A stretch of DNA of 64,000 nucleotides, from NCBI RefSeq assembly GCF_009914755.1, contig NC_060926.1; one strand, 5' to 3'. The translations under genes and the position numbers were made by a program. The first letter of the stretch is position 1; each line of letters begins with the position of its first letter. The notes under the pieces were generated by a model, which was not told the DNA's origin, made no database searches, and worked only from the letters and a program-made list of their open reading frames with translations. Positions 45,511 through 64,000 of this stretch are shown here, in pieces. The DNA is from the human T2T-CHM13v2.0 reference genome, Homo sapiens.

Positions 45511-47495
45511 AGAAAAATGCTGATTCAAGTAAGAAAAGAATGTGTGTATGTCTTGGAGTTGGTGATAGAGAATGATTTGGAGGAAAAAACCCTCTTGATT
45601 TTGCAACTAACTAGTTTTAAGACTTTGATGAAATTTGTGGGTGTTTGGTGGACTTGTTTGTTGAATTGGATGAGTTCACTTATAGCCCTGAAATCTGACT
45701 GTGGATTCAAACATTTCATTCCCTTTTCTCTGAATCATTTTACATGTCTAACTTGAAGCCCTGAATTGATAAACATAGATGACAGGAATAAAATGGTTCT
45801 ACATTTTTCATATTTCTCAATAGGTTTGGGTTTCCCTTTTGGGAATTTTTTTCAAAAGAGAACTGATTGGCTCTGGTCCCAGTATCAGGAAACTACCTGC
45901 TCAGTCAGGCAGAGAATGAAAGGCTTGAGATAAAGGGCCTGGGAACAGTTTATCAGTCAGACTTTCAAAAGAGGAGTAATCAAGTAGTGTAGGAAAAGCA
46001 CAGCATAACTGTCTGAACAAGGATAAAGGAAAGAAGTGGGGAAGTGCCACAGCTGGGAAATTAGCTGTGGTGCTCAAATAACCGGGATCCTGGAATTCTG
46101 ACCATAGGAAAGCACTGAGGGAAATTTGGAGCCTCTTTTGTTACAAAAAAGACCCTGGACTGTTGAAATTCCTTTGTGTAGTAGGCTCAGGGAAATACAT
46201 TGAAAAGAAGAAACACAGTTTGTTTGTTTGTTTGTTTGTTTTTAGAGCAAATCTGAGGATTTGCAGAGGTGCTCCGAGGTAGCCATTCTTCAACTTTTTG
46301 GAGTTGTGGACTCCTTGAGGGCTGGGATGAAAACTATGGCCTACTTCCCAAGAAAAATATAGCTATACATATAAAGCCAAACACAATTTCTGGGGCTGGG
46401 TAAACATCTTGAAGACCACCCACGGCAGTGCCTAGGGATCCAAACAATTTGAAGTTAATAATTCTTCAGTTTGAAGTATTGTAGCAAACTGCTGTAAGTG
46501 ATAAGTAATTATGAAGCAAGGAGTATAAGGAAATGCTTCATGGAAGACAGAGTTACCTCCAGCAATGCCATGGAAGACTTGGAAAAGTTATAGGGCAACA
46601 GACAGAAGCAAGGTCACAAGGCTAGAAGTCAAAGGAAAACACTGTAGAAGAAGCTCGGGTTTTGGAAGAAGGTAGTTCAGTGTTGAATTTCTGATTCCAC
46701 TAGAGTCTAGCCATGTGAACCTGGGCAAGGGTGCTTACCCAGGTTTGGAATCCAGTGATTCCAGGGCAGCCATCAACTTTCTCCTTTTATGGCCAGTATG
46801 GAAGAAGCGGGTGATGGAGCAGAAGCAGCGTGGAATGTGGGTCTGGATTTATCTGGTTTCAAATCTCAGCTCCGACATTACAAGTTTTGGGTGACCTTAG
46901 GCAAGTTATTCAATTGTCCAAGTCTCTTATCTCTAAGATAGGTATAGAAATAGGTACCCAAAGAATGATTAGTACATAAATAACATGTTATAGAGAGAAC
47001 TTTCAATAATCGATAGGCTTTATTATGAGAAAGGAGGCTTATTTAACTCAATAGAAGGTACATTTTGGGAGAAAGTGGCAGATCTATGAAGAAATTAATG
47101 CCAAATTATAACTATCAAAGAGCTATAAAGCTCTGTCCATTTTTGGGTAAATTTTACTCATTTAATATTTTTGTGTGTCTTCCTATGTAACTTCATACTT
47201 AAGATGTTAGAATTTCTTTTGTTAGGTAATGGGTGAAGAATGGGAATAATAGGCATGGTCTGCATTTTAGGGGATTCTTTGGATATTAGAGCAGCAAGAA
47301 TAATTGTTTGGGCAGGATAATTTCTGGGTTGCTAGACTCTGCCAATGGTTAGTGATATACCTTTGCATAGGTCACTTAAGTTTTGTGGACTTCAGTTTTC
47401 TTATATATTTAAGGAGAAAACTTCCTTTTTGTGTTTTATGATTCTGTGATCCTGAGGTTCTATTGTAGCCAGAATAAGGCTGAGATATTCTGTGA

Positions 47496-47693
<198 letters not shown>

Positions 47694-50600
47694 TAAGCAC
47701 AAAGTTCTCAAAAATAAACTTCAACTTACTGTAGGATTTCTTGCAAAGGTAAGAAATCCTCTACAAGTTTTTTCCATAGAGCATCATTTAGCAAAAAATT
47801 TCAAACTATTCCCTTTAAACATTTTTCCTTTCTTTAAAATTTCAAACTCATGGTTACTACCCCCCCGAAAAAGAAATCTCATCACCTCACTCTGTTCATG
47901 TAATTTCCCCATCATTACTCTTCTTTCCTATTTATTACTTCTCCTCAGGTCTAGTTCCTAAAAAAGGATCTTGCCTGTGTCAAAAACAGCCCCCTGGGGA
48001 AGTTGGACTGGTCTGTCAACCCCTTTTTCTCCCCTGGGGACCAACCAATTAGAACAATGGAGAACAATTTTTGTGATGTTATCATCCTATTATTCTTTGA
48101 TTCTGTGGCTGCAGTGAGGACGCTGCTTCAGAAAACTACTATATTAATACAGACTTTGAGCTCTGAGACCTGAGACCAGGACAGCCAATGTGGGAGAGAA
48201 GGAAATGAGTTGGAGGCAAAGTGTAAAAAGAATTAGTGACAAACAGATAGGGCAAATGAGGGTAGGAGTAATCAAACGTGACTTCACATGGTTCGTCCAT
48301 CTTCCACACATCCTTGAACTTTTCAGCACCGTCTGTCAGGTGCTAAATGGACAAGGACAGGACAATACAGGTGATTATGCGGTGTGAAAAACAAAGCCCA
48401 ATGGGAGTTCAAAGTAGAGAACTATTTCATCCAATTATGGGAACTTCCTTGAAAAAGTAGCCTTTGAATTAGACATTGAATGACATGTAGAATATGACCA
48501 CCTAACAAGAGTGATGGTTGGAGCTACTCCAGGGGCAAGGGAAAACACATTAGGGAAAGATCTTAGATATTTTTATTATGGTGAGTGAGAGATAAGACCA
48601 GAAGAGATTTTCTATTTTCCCAGGACTTCTTGGAATGACGGAATTGCACGGGAGAAGTGTGGATAGAATTCCACCAAGTGAGTTCCCTCTCATGTTCTGA
48701 GGGGCTTCTCCAAGCCTGCAGATGTGTATGCTGAATGTTCCCTAGGCTAGTCACCTTGACAGTGGTGAGGGTCTGAAGACCTGGATCTAAGAAGGCCTCG
48801 TGTGTCCCCAGAGACAGACACACAATCAGTTCCTTTCCCCTCTACTCTTGGCTTTGTCTTCTGTCTGAGGCCGATATGTGTTTAGCATTCACTTTCCCAA
48901 ACAATGTCTTTCCGCCCTCCTCATTTTCCGAATCTTCATTTGGGAATCATGCTAACTTTTCTCCCGCATCCTGAATCCCCGTTTGAGTTTCTCTGTTTGT
49001 GTCACACTCATGGGCTTGGCGAAGGGGATCAGATGGCTCTTGTGTGATCATGCTAGGCGGCTGTTAGTTAGTCACTCCTGGGAACTGGATTTGGTTCAAG
49101 TTTATTCAGTGGGACTTAATGCTGACAGACTACTTTCTACTCTAAAGTCAAGTCTCTTCCTGATGTACAGGAAATGATAAATAGTTCACGACAAAAAGTA
49201 AGACTAAGAAGTCAGCAATCATCACACTGCAAGAGTTGAGGGTGAGGAGGGAGTTGGGGTAGTCCCTGCCAGAACTCCAGGCCAAATGGCTTGCATGCCA
49301 GGTAAACTTTTGTAGGATGCTGGCATGCACATTGTGGGTGGATTGCAAATTTTTTTGAATGATGAAATAGAAGCAGGGTGTTTGTGTTTTTTTTTTTTTT
49401 TTTTTTTTTTGGCATCACATACAAGAAATGTCTACAGGTGCCAAGAGATAATCTTATCATATCTAGGAAGTTTTTGTTTGTTTATTTATTTACTTAGGAC
49501 ATTGTTCTCCCTCTTCCATTTCTAGAATATATTTTCTCTCCTTAGTCAAAGAAACCCTAGTTGCTGTTTATGATTCAGACGAGTCTTGAGAGAATAGAAG
49601 GAAAGAAGAGAACAACTTCATTTCTTCTTCTGTGTAAAATGTCCTGTGTCAAATTCCCATACTCTAACACTTTATTTGTAGTATCTTCATAATTCACCAA
49701 CTTCTTTAAAGGAAGAGAATAGTTTTTAATATATCTTTGTTTCTCTGAGAATATTCCATTAGAGTGAGTGTTCACTGCTAGGTTGTTGGTTACCTGAATA
49801 ATGTCTCCTTTAATAACATAAAATGTGGAACACAGAATTTAGAACCGTATTTTCCTCTTTCTATTTATTTTTCTTCTCCTTATTCTCCTCCTCCCCTTCC
49901 TCCTCCTCTCTTTCTCTTTCTCTCTCTCTCTACTACTGAGTTCAGATCTCATTTCTGTCACTTACTTCCTGTGACTCTGGGCAAGTTACTTCATTTTACT
50001 TTGTAGCAGATTCCTCACTTGTTAAATGGGAATTATAATAGTCATTGTGACATATACAATAGAGAATATATATGATGATACTTCTATTATTATTGTAATG
50101 ATTAAACAAATTAATATACATAAAATACACATAAAAGTGCCTGCCAGTAAGTTGCTACATAAATGCTTGCTGTTGTGACTTTCTCATGAATTTTTGTTTT
50201 GTCTTTCTAACTAAATCATAAGCTGCTCAATCACAAGACTATTTCTCTTATGTCTGTGTCTTGACCATATTGCTTAGTGCAGTAGAAATGGTATCATCAA
50301 TAATAGTTTGCGTCTGAGTCATACTTTACATTGTACAGGGTACTTTCACTTAGATTACCTCACCAATCCTCCCAATCATACTTGGATACATGCTTATTCC
50401 CACTTTTTAAATGCAGAAACTGAGGCTAAAATTTTGTTTGATCAGGGCCACACGGCTAGTGTGTGACCCAGATGACCCTAGAACTTAGTCTTTCTGGTTT
50501 CTGGTCTTACGTTATTTCCTCCAGGCAAATCTGACCATCTGACCACACGGCAGATGTTCAACAAATGCTTCTGTGTGTTTATGTGTTTCTCTAAGATGCA

Positions 50601-50889
50601 TCTTTCACATTCTATAGAGTAATTGGCACGGTAACTTTGAGTGGTCATTTCTTATTTATACATTTTGGTATAGTTAAAATTCCTGAAATAAGGGATTCCT
50701 GTACTTATAATGTGTTTTATTGCTATAAATTATAGGAAACATCACATTCAGTCTTTTCCTCCTTTCCTCCCCTCCTTCACTGAAAGTTCTCATTAGTTTT
50801 AGCTTCCCAGTTTCTCAAAGTAATTCCCTGCATTCTTGTACTTAATCTCTTTCCTCTTCTCCTTCTCCTTCTCCTTCTTCATCTTCTTC

Positions 50890-53167
<2,278 letters not shown>

Positions 53168-54633
53168 TTAACTTTTTTTCCTTCAGTGGTCCTGTTCATC
53201 CCTCAGCTTAGGTAACAATTATCACCTGCATTTGACTCATCTCTGGGAGCAGGTTCTTTCCTGGAAGGCTTACTCTGTATGACACAGATGTTTAAAAGGG
53301 GTTGACAGTCTTCATTTGTCTCTACCAAGGGAGATCGGTGTCCCTCAGAAAGGGCAGGAGTCTCTCAGAAGATGCTTATACTCAGTCGTCATGGAAGGTG
53401 TATCCTATTGGTTGGCTTTCAAAAAATTTCAGACTTTTTCTGGAGATATTATACTGATTTTTGTGCCAGTTGAAATCACATTTTATTCTTATTCATCTAC
53501 CATCACTCACTCAAGCTCCCTTACATGTGGCCAGCTTGGAAAGATCTGCACGACAGAGGCAAATCAGTAAGTCAACTCAGTAATGGATCCAAAGCTTTGG
53601 GCTTATTAGTGTCATTCCCTGGTTAGCTACTACGTCACCCTACCTAGTTCTACAACAGTTGAAACATCTTTCGCATCAAGCCAATGATTCATTTACTCTT
53701 TCTGATGTGCCGTAGAGACTCCAAGCAGATTGGTGCCTTTTGGCCTGGGCTGGCAGGCATGATGGAGCATTCCAGTTGCTCATCTGCTTCTAGGGTTGGG
53801 TTCACTCCTAATGGGCACCTGTAAGCCCTAAAGAAATGGGCCATAAATGGTAATGTATGTAGCTGGAAGTGACATGATAGCTTAGGGTTTGCCTAGCTTC
53901 TGCTGTGAGAAGAAAGGCTGACTAAGATGGCATGATGTAACGCAATCATGAAACAGAACAAGGTTCAAAGTGGATGATTGTTTACGGTCAGACCATGATG
54001 AAAGGCAATAAAGTGTTTATAAAACCACTGGTTAAACTGTTGTTATAAACTGATTAAAATCATCAGGCTAGAATACTGTAAGAGGTTATAGTCATTTCTT
54101 CTTACTGAGTGGAAATGAAGCTGCTAATTAGTAAGATCTGTAAAAGAATTCTTTTATAATATTGAATCATACGATATTACTTTCCAATGTTATTTTTATA
54201 GCATTGAATCATATAATATTACTTCCCAAAAAGAGTCCAGGAAGTAACTAATTGCATACTTCTAATTATCTAATGGAGATACTAAGACCCAGAGAACGCA
54301 AGAACTTGCCCAACCAACACAGTGAGTTATTGGTATGGTTAATTAGTGATTCTTTAGCTTTCATGAGATGAAGTAATTTGTGTTTCTCAAACTGTTTTAT
54401 GGACATATTTTTCTAACATAAAATAACTTCACAGTTAAATTCTCTAAAAGCTTAAAAGTTTACTTGCCATGTAAATTGTTTCCAATTAGCTTTCATCTAT
54501 TTTATCCTGTAAATCCCAATACAAGGTATAATATATTATTGATGTCTTCCTGGCAGAGTTATGTTTCTTCTAGGGCCATCTGCAAAGTTAGGAGGGCAGT
54601 GAAAATTTTGTAAGGCTCACTGTAATATTTTCA

Positions 54634-56000
<1,367 letters not shown>

Positions 56001-57304
56001 AATTTAAAAATTAAAAAATTGATAAATATAGAAAAAATGTGAAAACCAAAGGGGAACGCCTCCCACTACCAGAGATCATTTCTATTTTCATTCTGGAGAA
56101 TTTCCTTCTAGTTTTTTTTTAAAACGCATAAATATGGGAAATACACAATTATGGGAAATATACAACTTCCCATAATGAGTTAACACACCATTTACGATTT
56201 TGTGTCCTGCTAGTCTGTCATTATGTCATTAGCGTTTATCCCTTGCATAAAATGCTTCTCAGATTACTAAATGGCAACATACTATAATATTGAACTTTGT
56301 GGATATCCAACAATGATTTTAATCACTATTCTCTTACTATTTGTGTATTTTTTGTTTCCTTTCCTATTTTAATTATGATGCAGTGAATAGTTCTGTATGT
56401 AATTTTTGCACGCATTTCTGATTATGTTCATAGTAAATATACATTGTCTTAAACAAATGGTTAGGCTTAGATTTTCCTGGAATAACTCTGGAGCCATATA
56501 CAAATGGGCAGCTGGACCTTTTTCTATAGAACTGTAAAAGACTTAAACCCACATAAAACTGGAGTATTTACACATCACACCTTAGAACTTGGAATATGTC
56601 AACATGCTAGCCTATTAGTTAACGCCATTCATAACGACCACTTGGAAATTCTTGGCTCTAACCTGAAGCTACGTGCTATGAAGGAACGCAGGCCTCGGTC
56701 TCCAGTTTGTGCCTTAACTGATCAGCATTCCTTAGTAAATTGTTCTCTGCGTAGTCCGATGATTACTATAGCTGCCTTCTTCATATCAATTGTGAGACAC
56801 ATGCAGGGGAATTTTCAGATTTACGATAGAGAGCTACCAATATTTCATCATCAGCACCACAACTGTCATACATATTAAAAACCTTTGATCTATTAAGTAA
56901 ATATGCTCGGCACCCAGAGGCTCCTTTGGAAAGTACGGGAGTGGTAGGGACTGCCCTCCCCATTTCCATTGGTTCTCTTCTTCCAGTTCTTCGATTTCCC
57001 TGGCAAAATATTTACTTTAAGAGCTCAGGGTGTGGCATACTCACTTTACAACGGCATGTGTTCTTTGTGCCAGGAAAAAATAAAAAGTCCCTTGTGGTTA
57101 GTGAAGTAGAGGTGAGGACATAATCACAATAGCCGATAGCGCTGAGGCTCTTGTCACATTTTAGACTCATATTTATGAGAAGAAGATGTAGTTGCTTCCA
57201 TAATATCCTAAGTAAATTCATCTCTATCTGATCTTTGTGAAAGGTGCAGGGAAATGGGTTTACTCGATCAGAGAGTTCTGGAAGGTTGTTTTGCAATCTC
57301 TCTC

Positions 57305-59280
<1,976 letters not shown>

Positions 59281-60599
59281 TAAATCAATACTGTTTTAAA
59301 GTACAATAAATCAGTGTACCTGTGTTACAGTGTACACCCCGATATCTTCTCATGGTGACACCATGCACACATACACAGACATTCAGCATGAACACTGAGT
59401 ATTTTGGTATGTTCTATAGTATTTACCATGTTTCTTAGGGGAGTTTTAATTTCTTGATGTTTTGTTTAGCATTTAATTCCTCCCTCAACCTGGATTTCAA
59501 GGCACAGATCTTGGTTGAACCAACAGGGCTTGAGGCATTCTACTACCAATTGAGCAAAGAAAGGCAAAGTTGGTTTGATAATACTAAAATTTGAAAAGCT
59601 TATATTTCCTAAAAGACTTGAAGATTTAAAAAATCAGTCATGTGGGCCTATAAAGTTGTTTCAATGGAGTTGATTCTTTACTGTAAGGACAATTCAATCA
59701 TGGAAAGCTGATAGGCTTGGTTATGCAAATTATCGTGAAGTGGTAAGGAAGACTCACTGGCTTCAAAAGTTAAAAGGGAAATTCCTACTAAAACCTTTGA
59801 ACCCTCATGTACATTGATAAGTAGAATTGCCTTTAGCATGGTGAAAGGTTCCTTGAAAAGCAGCCAAGTCCCCACTTCCTTATCCAGTAATGGAAGCAAT
59901 AATCTGCAATAATCAGAAATGATCTGCTTTATTTTATACTATCTAATAACAACAAACTTTTTGATCACAAATACGTTGAGCCTGAAAATCAAAATAAAAG
60001 AAAGACGAAGAAGTTGCATTCAAAAGTATTTTGAAATAACATGGCTTACTTTCCTATGTGTAGGAGAAATTTTGTGTTTTATATTTATCTGTATGTTTTA
60101 TATCTATGTATGCTCTCTGTAGGATAGCATATCGTCTCCTGTGTTTTTTGTGGTTTATATTTTTGTAGATATGTCATACTTCATTCTTGACATGGGGAAG
60201 GAATTAAGCAATGACTCTTTTATATCTTGGAAAAACTGGGATTTCAAAAAATAGTTTTGAACTATGTAAAACACTTTCACCTTGAAGGTTCATTATTGTT
60301 TTTTCTTTCTTTCTTTTTCTAAGTAATAAACAATGTGATGCTAACGGTGAAGATTCTGTTACTTATATTAAAGGAAAAACAGGTCAACAAAACCATTTGC
60401 CCCACTTACATTGAAGGTCATGTTTTGTTAGTTTGTTTGATTTTTAGCTGAATGAAGTATAATGTAATGTTTAAAAAAGTGGCTGAGTGGTCTCTAAAAT
60501 GATTTTATTTGAGTTCCTACCAAATATTGCGTCTAGTTTCAAAATTGTGCCTAGTTTCAGCTGTATTTGAGCTATGACTTTCAGAATTAAGGCGAGATA

Positions 60600-61810
<1,211 letters not shown>

Positions 61811-62101
61811 TTTCTATCCTTCCTCTTCAGTGAACAGTAGGGTTCATGTAAATGAGTCGTTATTTGAGTGATAATAGTTCATGTCCTTTTTCCTCCCTGA
61901 CCATAGTTTGTACTTTGTGTGTATAGTTGTGTGTGAATGTATGCATGTAAATGTTCTAACATTGAAGACTAAGCAGAGATTATTTTCCATAGCAGAAAAG
62001 AAGTGGCCCTAGCAGTTTCATAAATCAGAATTCAATTTAGGGTTCTATGTGAAAAGTTAATTTCATCCCATGGCAGCACAGTGGAAAAAAACAATTTCTA
62101 C

Positions 62102-64000
62102 ATGTCTGCAAAAAACGTTTTTATTTTCCCAAGATCAAAAACAAGCACTGACAGGCTGGGTGCTGTGGCTCACACCTGTAATGCCCTCACTTTAGGAGGC
62201 TGAGTTGGGAGGATTGCTTGAAGCCAGGAGTTGAAGACCAACTTGGCCAAGGTAGCCAGGCCCCATCACTTAAAAACAACAACAACAACAACCAGTGTTA
62301 ATGGTCTACCTGCTGGGCCCTCCAAAAACTTAGGGACATTATCTGATGTACCTGTGTTTTCACAGTATTTACTATTAAATGAAGGTAAAGAGTGGCTTCT
62401 GGTTGGTTAAAAAACAGTTGAGAAGGAGATATTGAAGGTTGTCAATGGGTAATAAAACCTGGTTTTAATACTATCCTGGGACCCTCTGGTGGAGGCAAGG
62501 AAGGATTCCTGTGGTCTCTCTGCAGATGTTTTGCTAAATGAAACCCTGCAACCTGGAACTTCAAAAGTATCTCAAGACTGGGCGCAATGGCTTATGCCTG
62601 TAATCCTAACACTTTGAGAGGCTGAGGCCAGGGGATTGCTTGAGGCTGGGAGTTCGAAACCAGTGTGGGCAATACAGTGAAACCCCGTCTCTACTAAAAA
62701 TGCAAAAATTAGCCAGGGGTGGTGGTGTGTGCTTGTAGTCCCAGCTACTGGGGAGGCTGACAAGATCACTTGCACCCAAGAGGTGGAAGTTACAGTGAGC
62801 CAAGATCACACCACTGCACTCCAGCCTGGGCGACAGATTGAGACGCTATCTCAACAACAACAACAACAAAAAAGGTATCTCAGATTATGTAGTCTCAGAT
62901 GGTATAGCGATGGGAGCGATGGTTAAGGAAAAAATTTTCAGCAGCCCTTCGGCTGTCAACAAGTATAAACAGTCAGGCAAGAAACAAACAAAAAAACAAA
63001 AACAAAAAAACAAACACACATTAACAAAACCATTCAAGAGGTGGCCTTCAGCAAAATTAGCAGACTCCAATGTAGAAAACCAGGTCATTTGGGGTGTGTC
63101 TGGAGGACAGAGAAAGAAGCCCAGCATTGCAATGGAGGTGATGAGAGCTATAACTGTTCTGTTTCTGGATGAGCCCACCACTGGCTTAGATGTTAGCACA
63201 TCAAATGCACTTCTTCTCCTGAAGATGACAAGGCAGAGAAGGCCCATCCTCTTCTCCATTCCTTAGCCCTGTTAGGCCATCTTCAAACCTTTTGATAGCC
63301 TTACCTTGCTGGCTTCTGGAAGGGTGATGTTCCATGGGTCCTGTATAAAAAACTTTGAAATATTTTGCTCTGCGAGTTACCAGTGTAAATCCTATAAAAA
63401 CTCTGCTGATTTCTTCACACATGTTAATAGAGGCTCCTCTGCTGTGACCTTAAATAGGAAGCAAGGAGGTGAGAAACCTGGGGAACTTGAAAAGCCTCCC
63501 AAACAGGATAAACAATGAATAGAGGAATTAGCTGAATTTTATGTCAATTGTTCTTTCTACAGGGAAACGAAATATGAATGTAATGAACTCTCAGTAGGTG
63601 AAAAAAGGAGTGAACTTTCTTTGATCATCAACTCAGGTGGGTGTCCAAATGTTTATTCAAAAATTGGTTTGGTGAGCATCAAGACTCCATTCCTGAAATA
63701 AGAGCCCCAGTTATCAGACTGGGGCATCCAGGTTCTTTACTGTGGTTTAAACAATAGCCCTGCAGGAATTTATAATAGAGGTGGCTTCCTGTTCTATTTG
63801 TCCTGCAACCAATGCCTGAACAATGTCTCAGTGGTATTTCTTCTGGTTCTTGAAAAAAAGCAGTCTGTGCATGAGTCTACCAGTGGCTATTTTAGAGTAT
63901 CATCGTATTTCTTTGGAAAGCTGATATCTGACCTACTCCCTGTGAGAATTTTATAAAGTGTGATATAATGAGTGCATTGCATCTTATGTTAAGACCGAAG
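62102..64000 (+). pseudogene. ABCG2: ABCG2-like processed pseudogene (continues past the window), interrupted by FLAM (about 62154-62290) and Alu (about 62576-62873)
   Basis: Colinear, intronless ABCG2 motifs: KPGFNTILGPSGGGK (Walker A), DYVV, FSAALRL, GVSGGQRK (signature), VLFLDEPTTGLD (Walker B), FDSLTLLASGRVMFHG, IEELAEFYVN, HQLRWVSK, SGYFRVSSYFFGKLISDLLP; multiple stops, frameshifts and deletions. Symbol is the parent gene. Confidence 0.93.

Noticed and set aside
48983-49460. Short peptide resemblances to SLC19A3 (SLFLMY, MPKK)
   Set aside because: Few residues, opposite strands, one produced by a poly(T) run; chance.
54161-54228. Imperfect 42-bp-period duplication ATTGAATCATA..ATATTACTT
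   Set aside because: Ordinary degenerate slippage duplication.
62838-63518. ABC-transporter ORFs as a functional gene
   Set aside because: In-frame stops, frameshifts, deletions and Alu insertions make it a pseudogene.

Overview
Primate (human or ape-like) genomic DNA, very rich in Alu elements (roughly 60 copies or fragments by eye) with many ERV LTRs and L1/L2/MIR relics. Only one intact protein-coding gene is supportable: an intronless small cysteine/glycine repeat (SCYGR/KRTAP28-family) gene at 6484-6795 (+), with a TATA box and a palindromic HOX13-type site upstream. The remainder is intergenic and holds several retrocopies: a tailless tRNA-Ser(GCT) 5' half inside an Alu (about 21.0 kb), a 3'-truncated 5S rRNA pseudogene (about 23.7 kb), an Alu-split SNRPG processed pseudogene (38.4-39.2 kb), a doubly truncated L1PA fragment (45.2-45.5 kb), and an old intronless ABCG2 processed pseudogene running off the right edge (62.1-64 kb). 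From recall of gene order, this looks like the 2q36.3-type interval between the SCYGR cluster and CCL20; that is inference, and CCL20 itself is not in the window. Nearly all ORFs in the supplied track are Alu or microsatellite artefacts. I did not find convincing evidence of a wholly new biological system. The best leads are the tailless Pol III retrocopies, the ABCG2 retrocopy, a perfect 39-bp inverted duplication in a split MER21, and candidate CTCF, promoter and enhancer elements. Repeat family names come from recalled consensus sequences and need RepeatMasker/Dfam confirmation.
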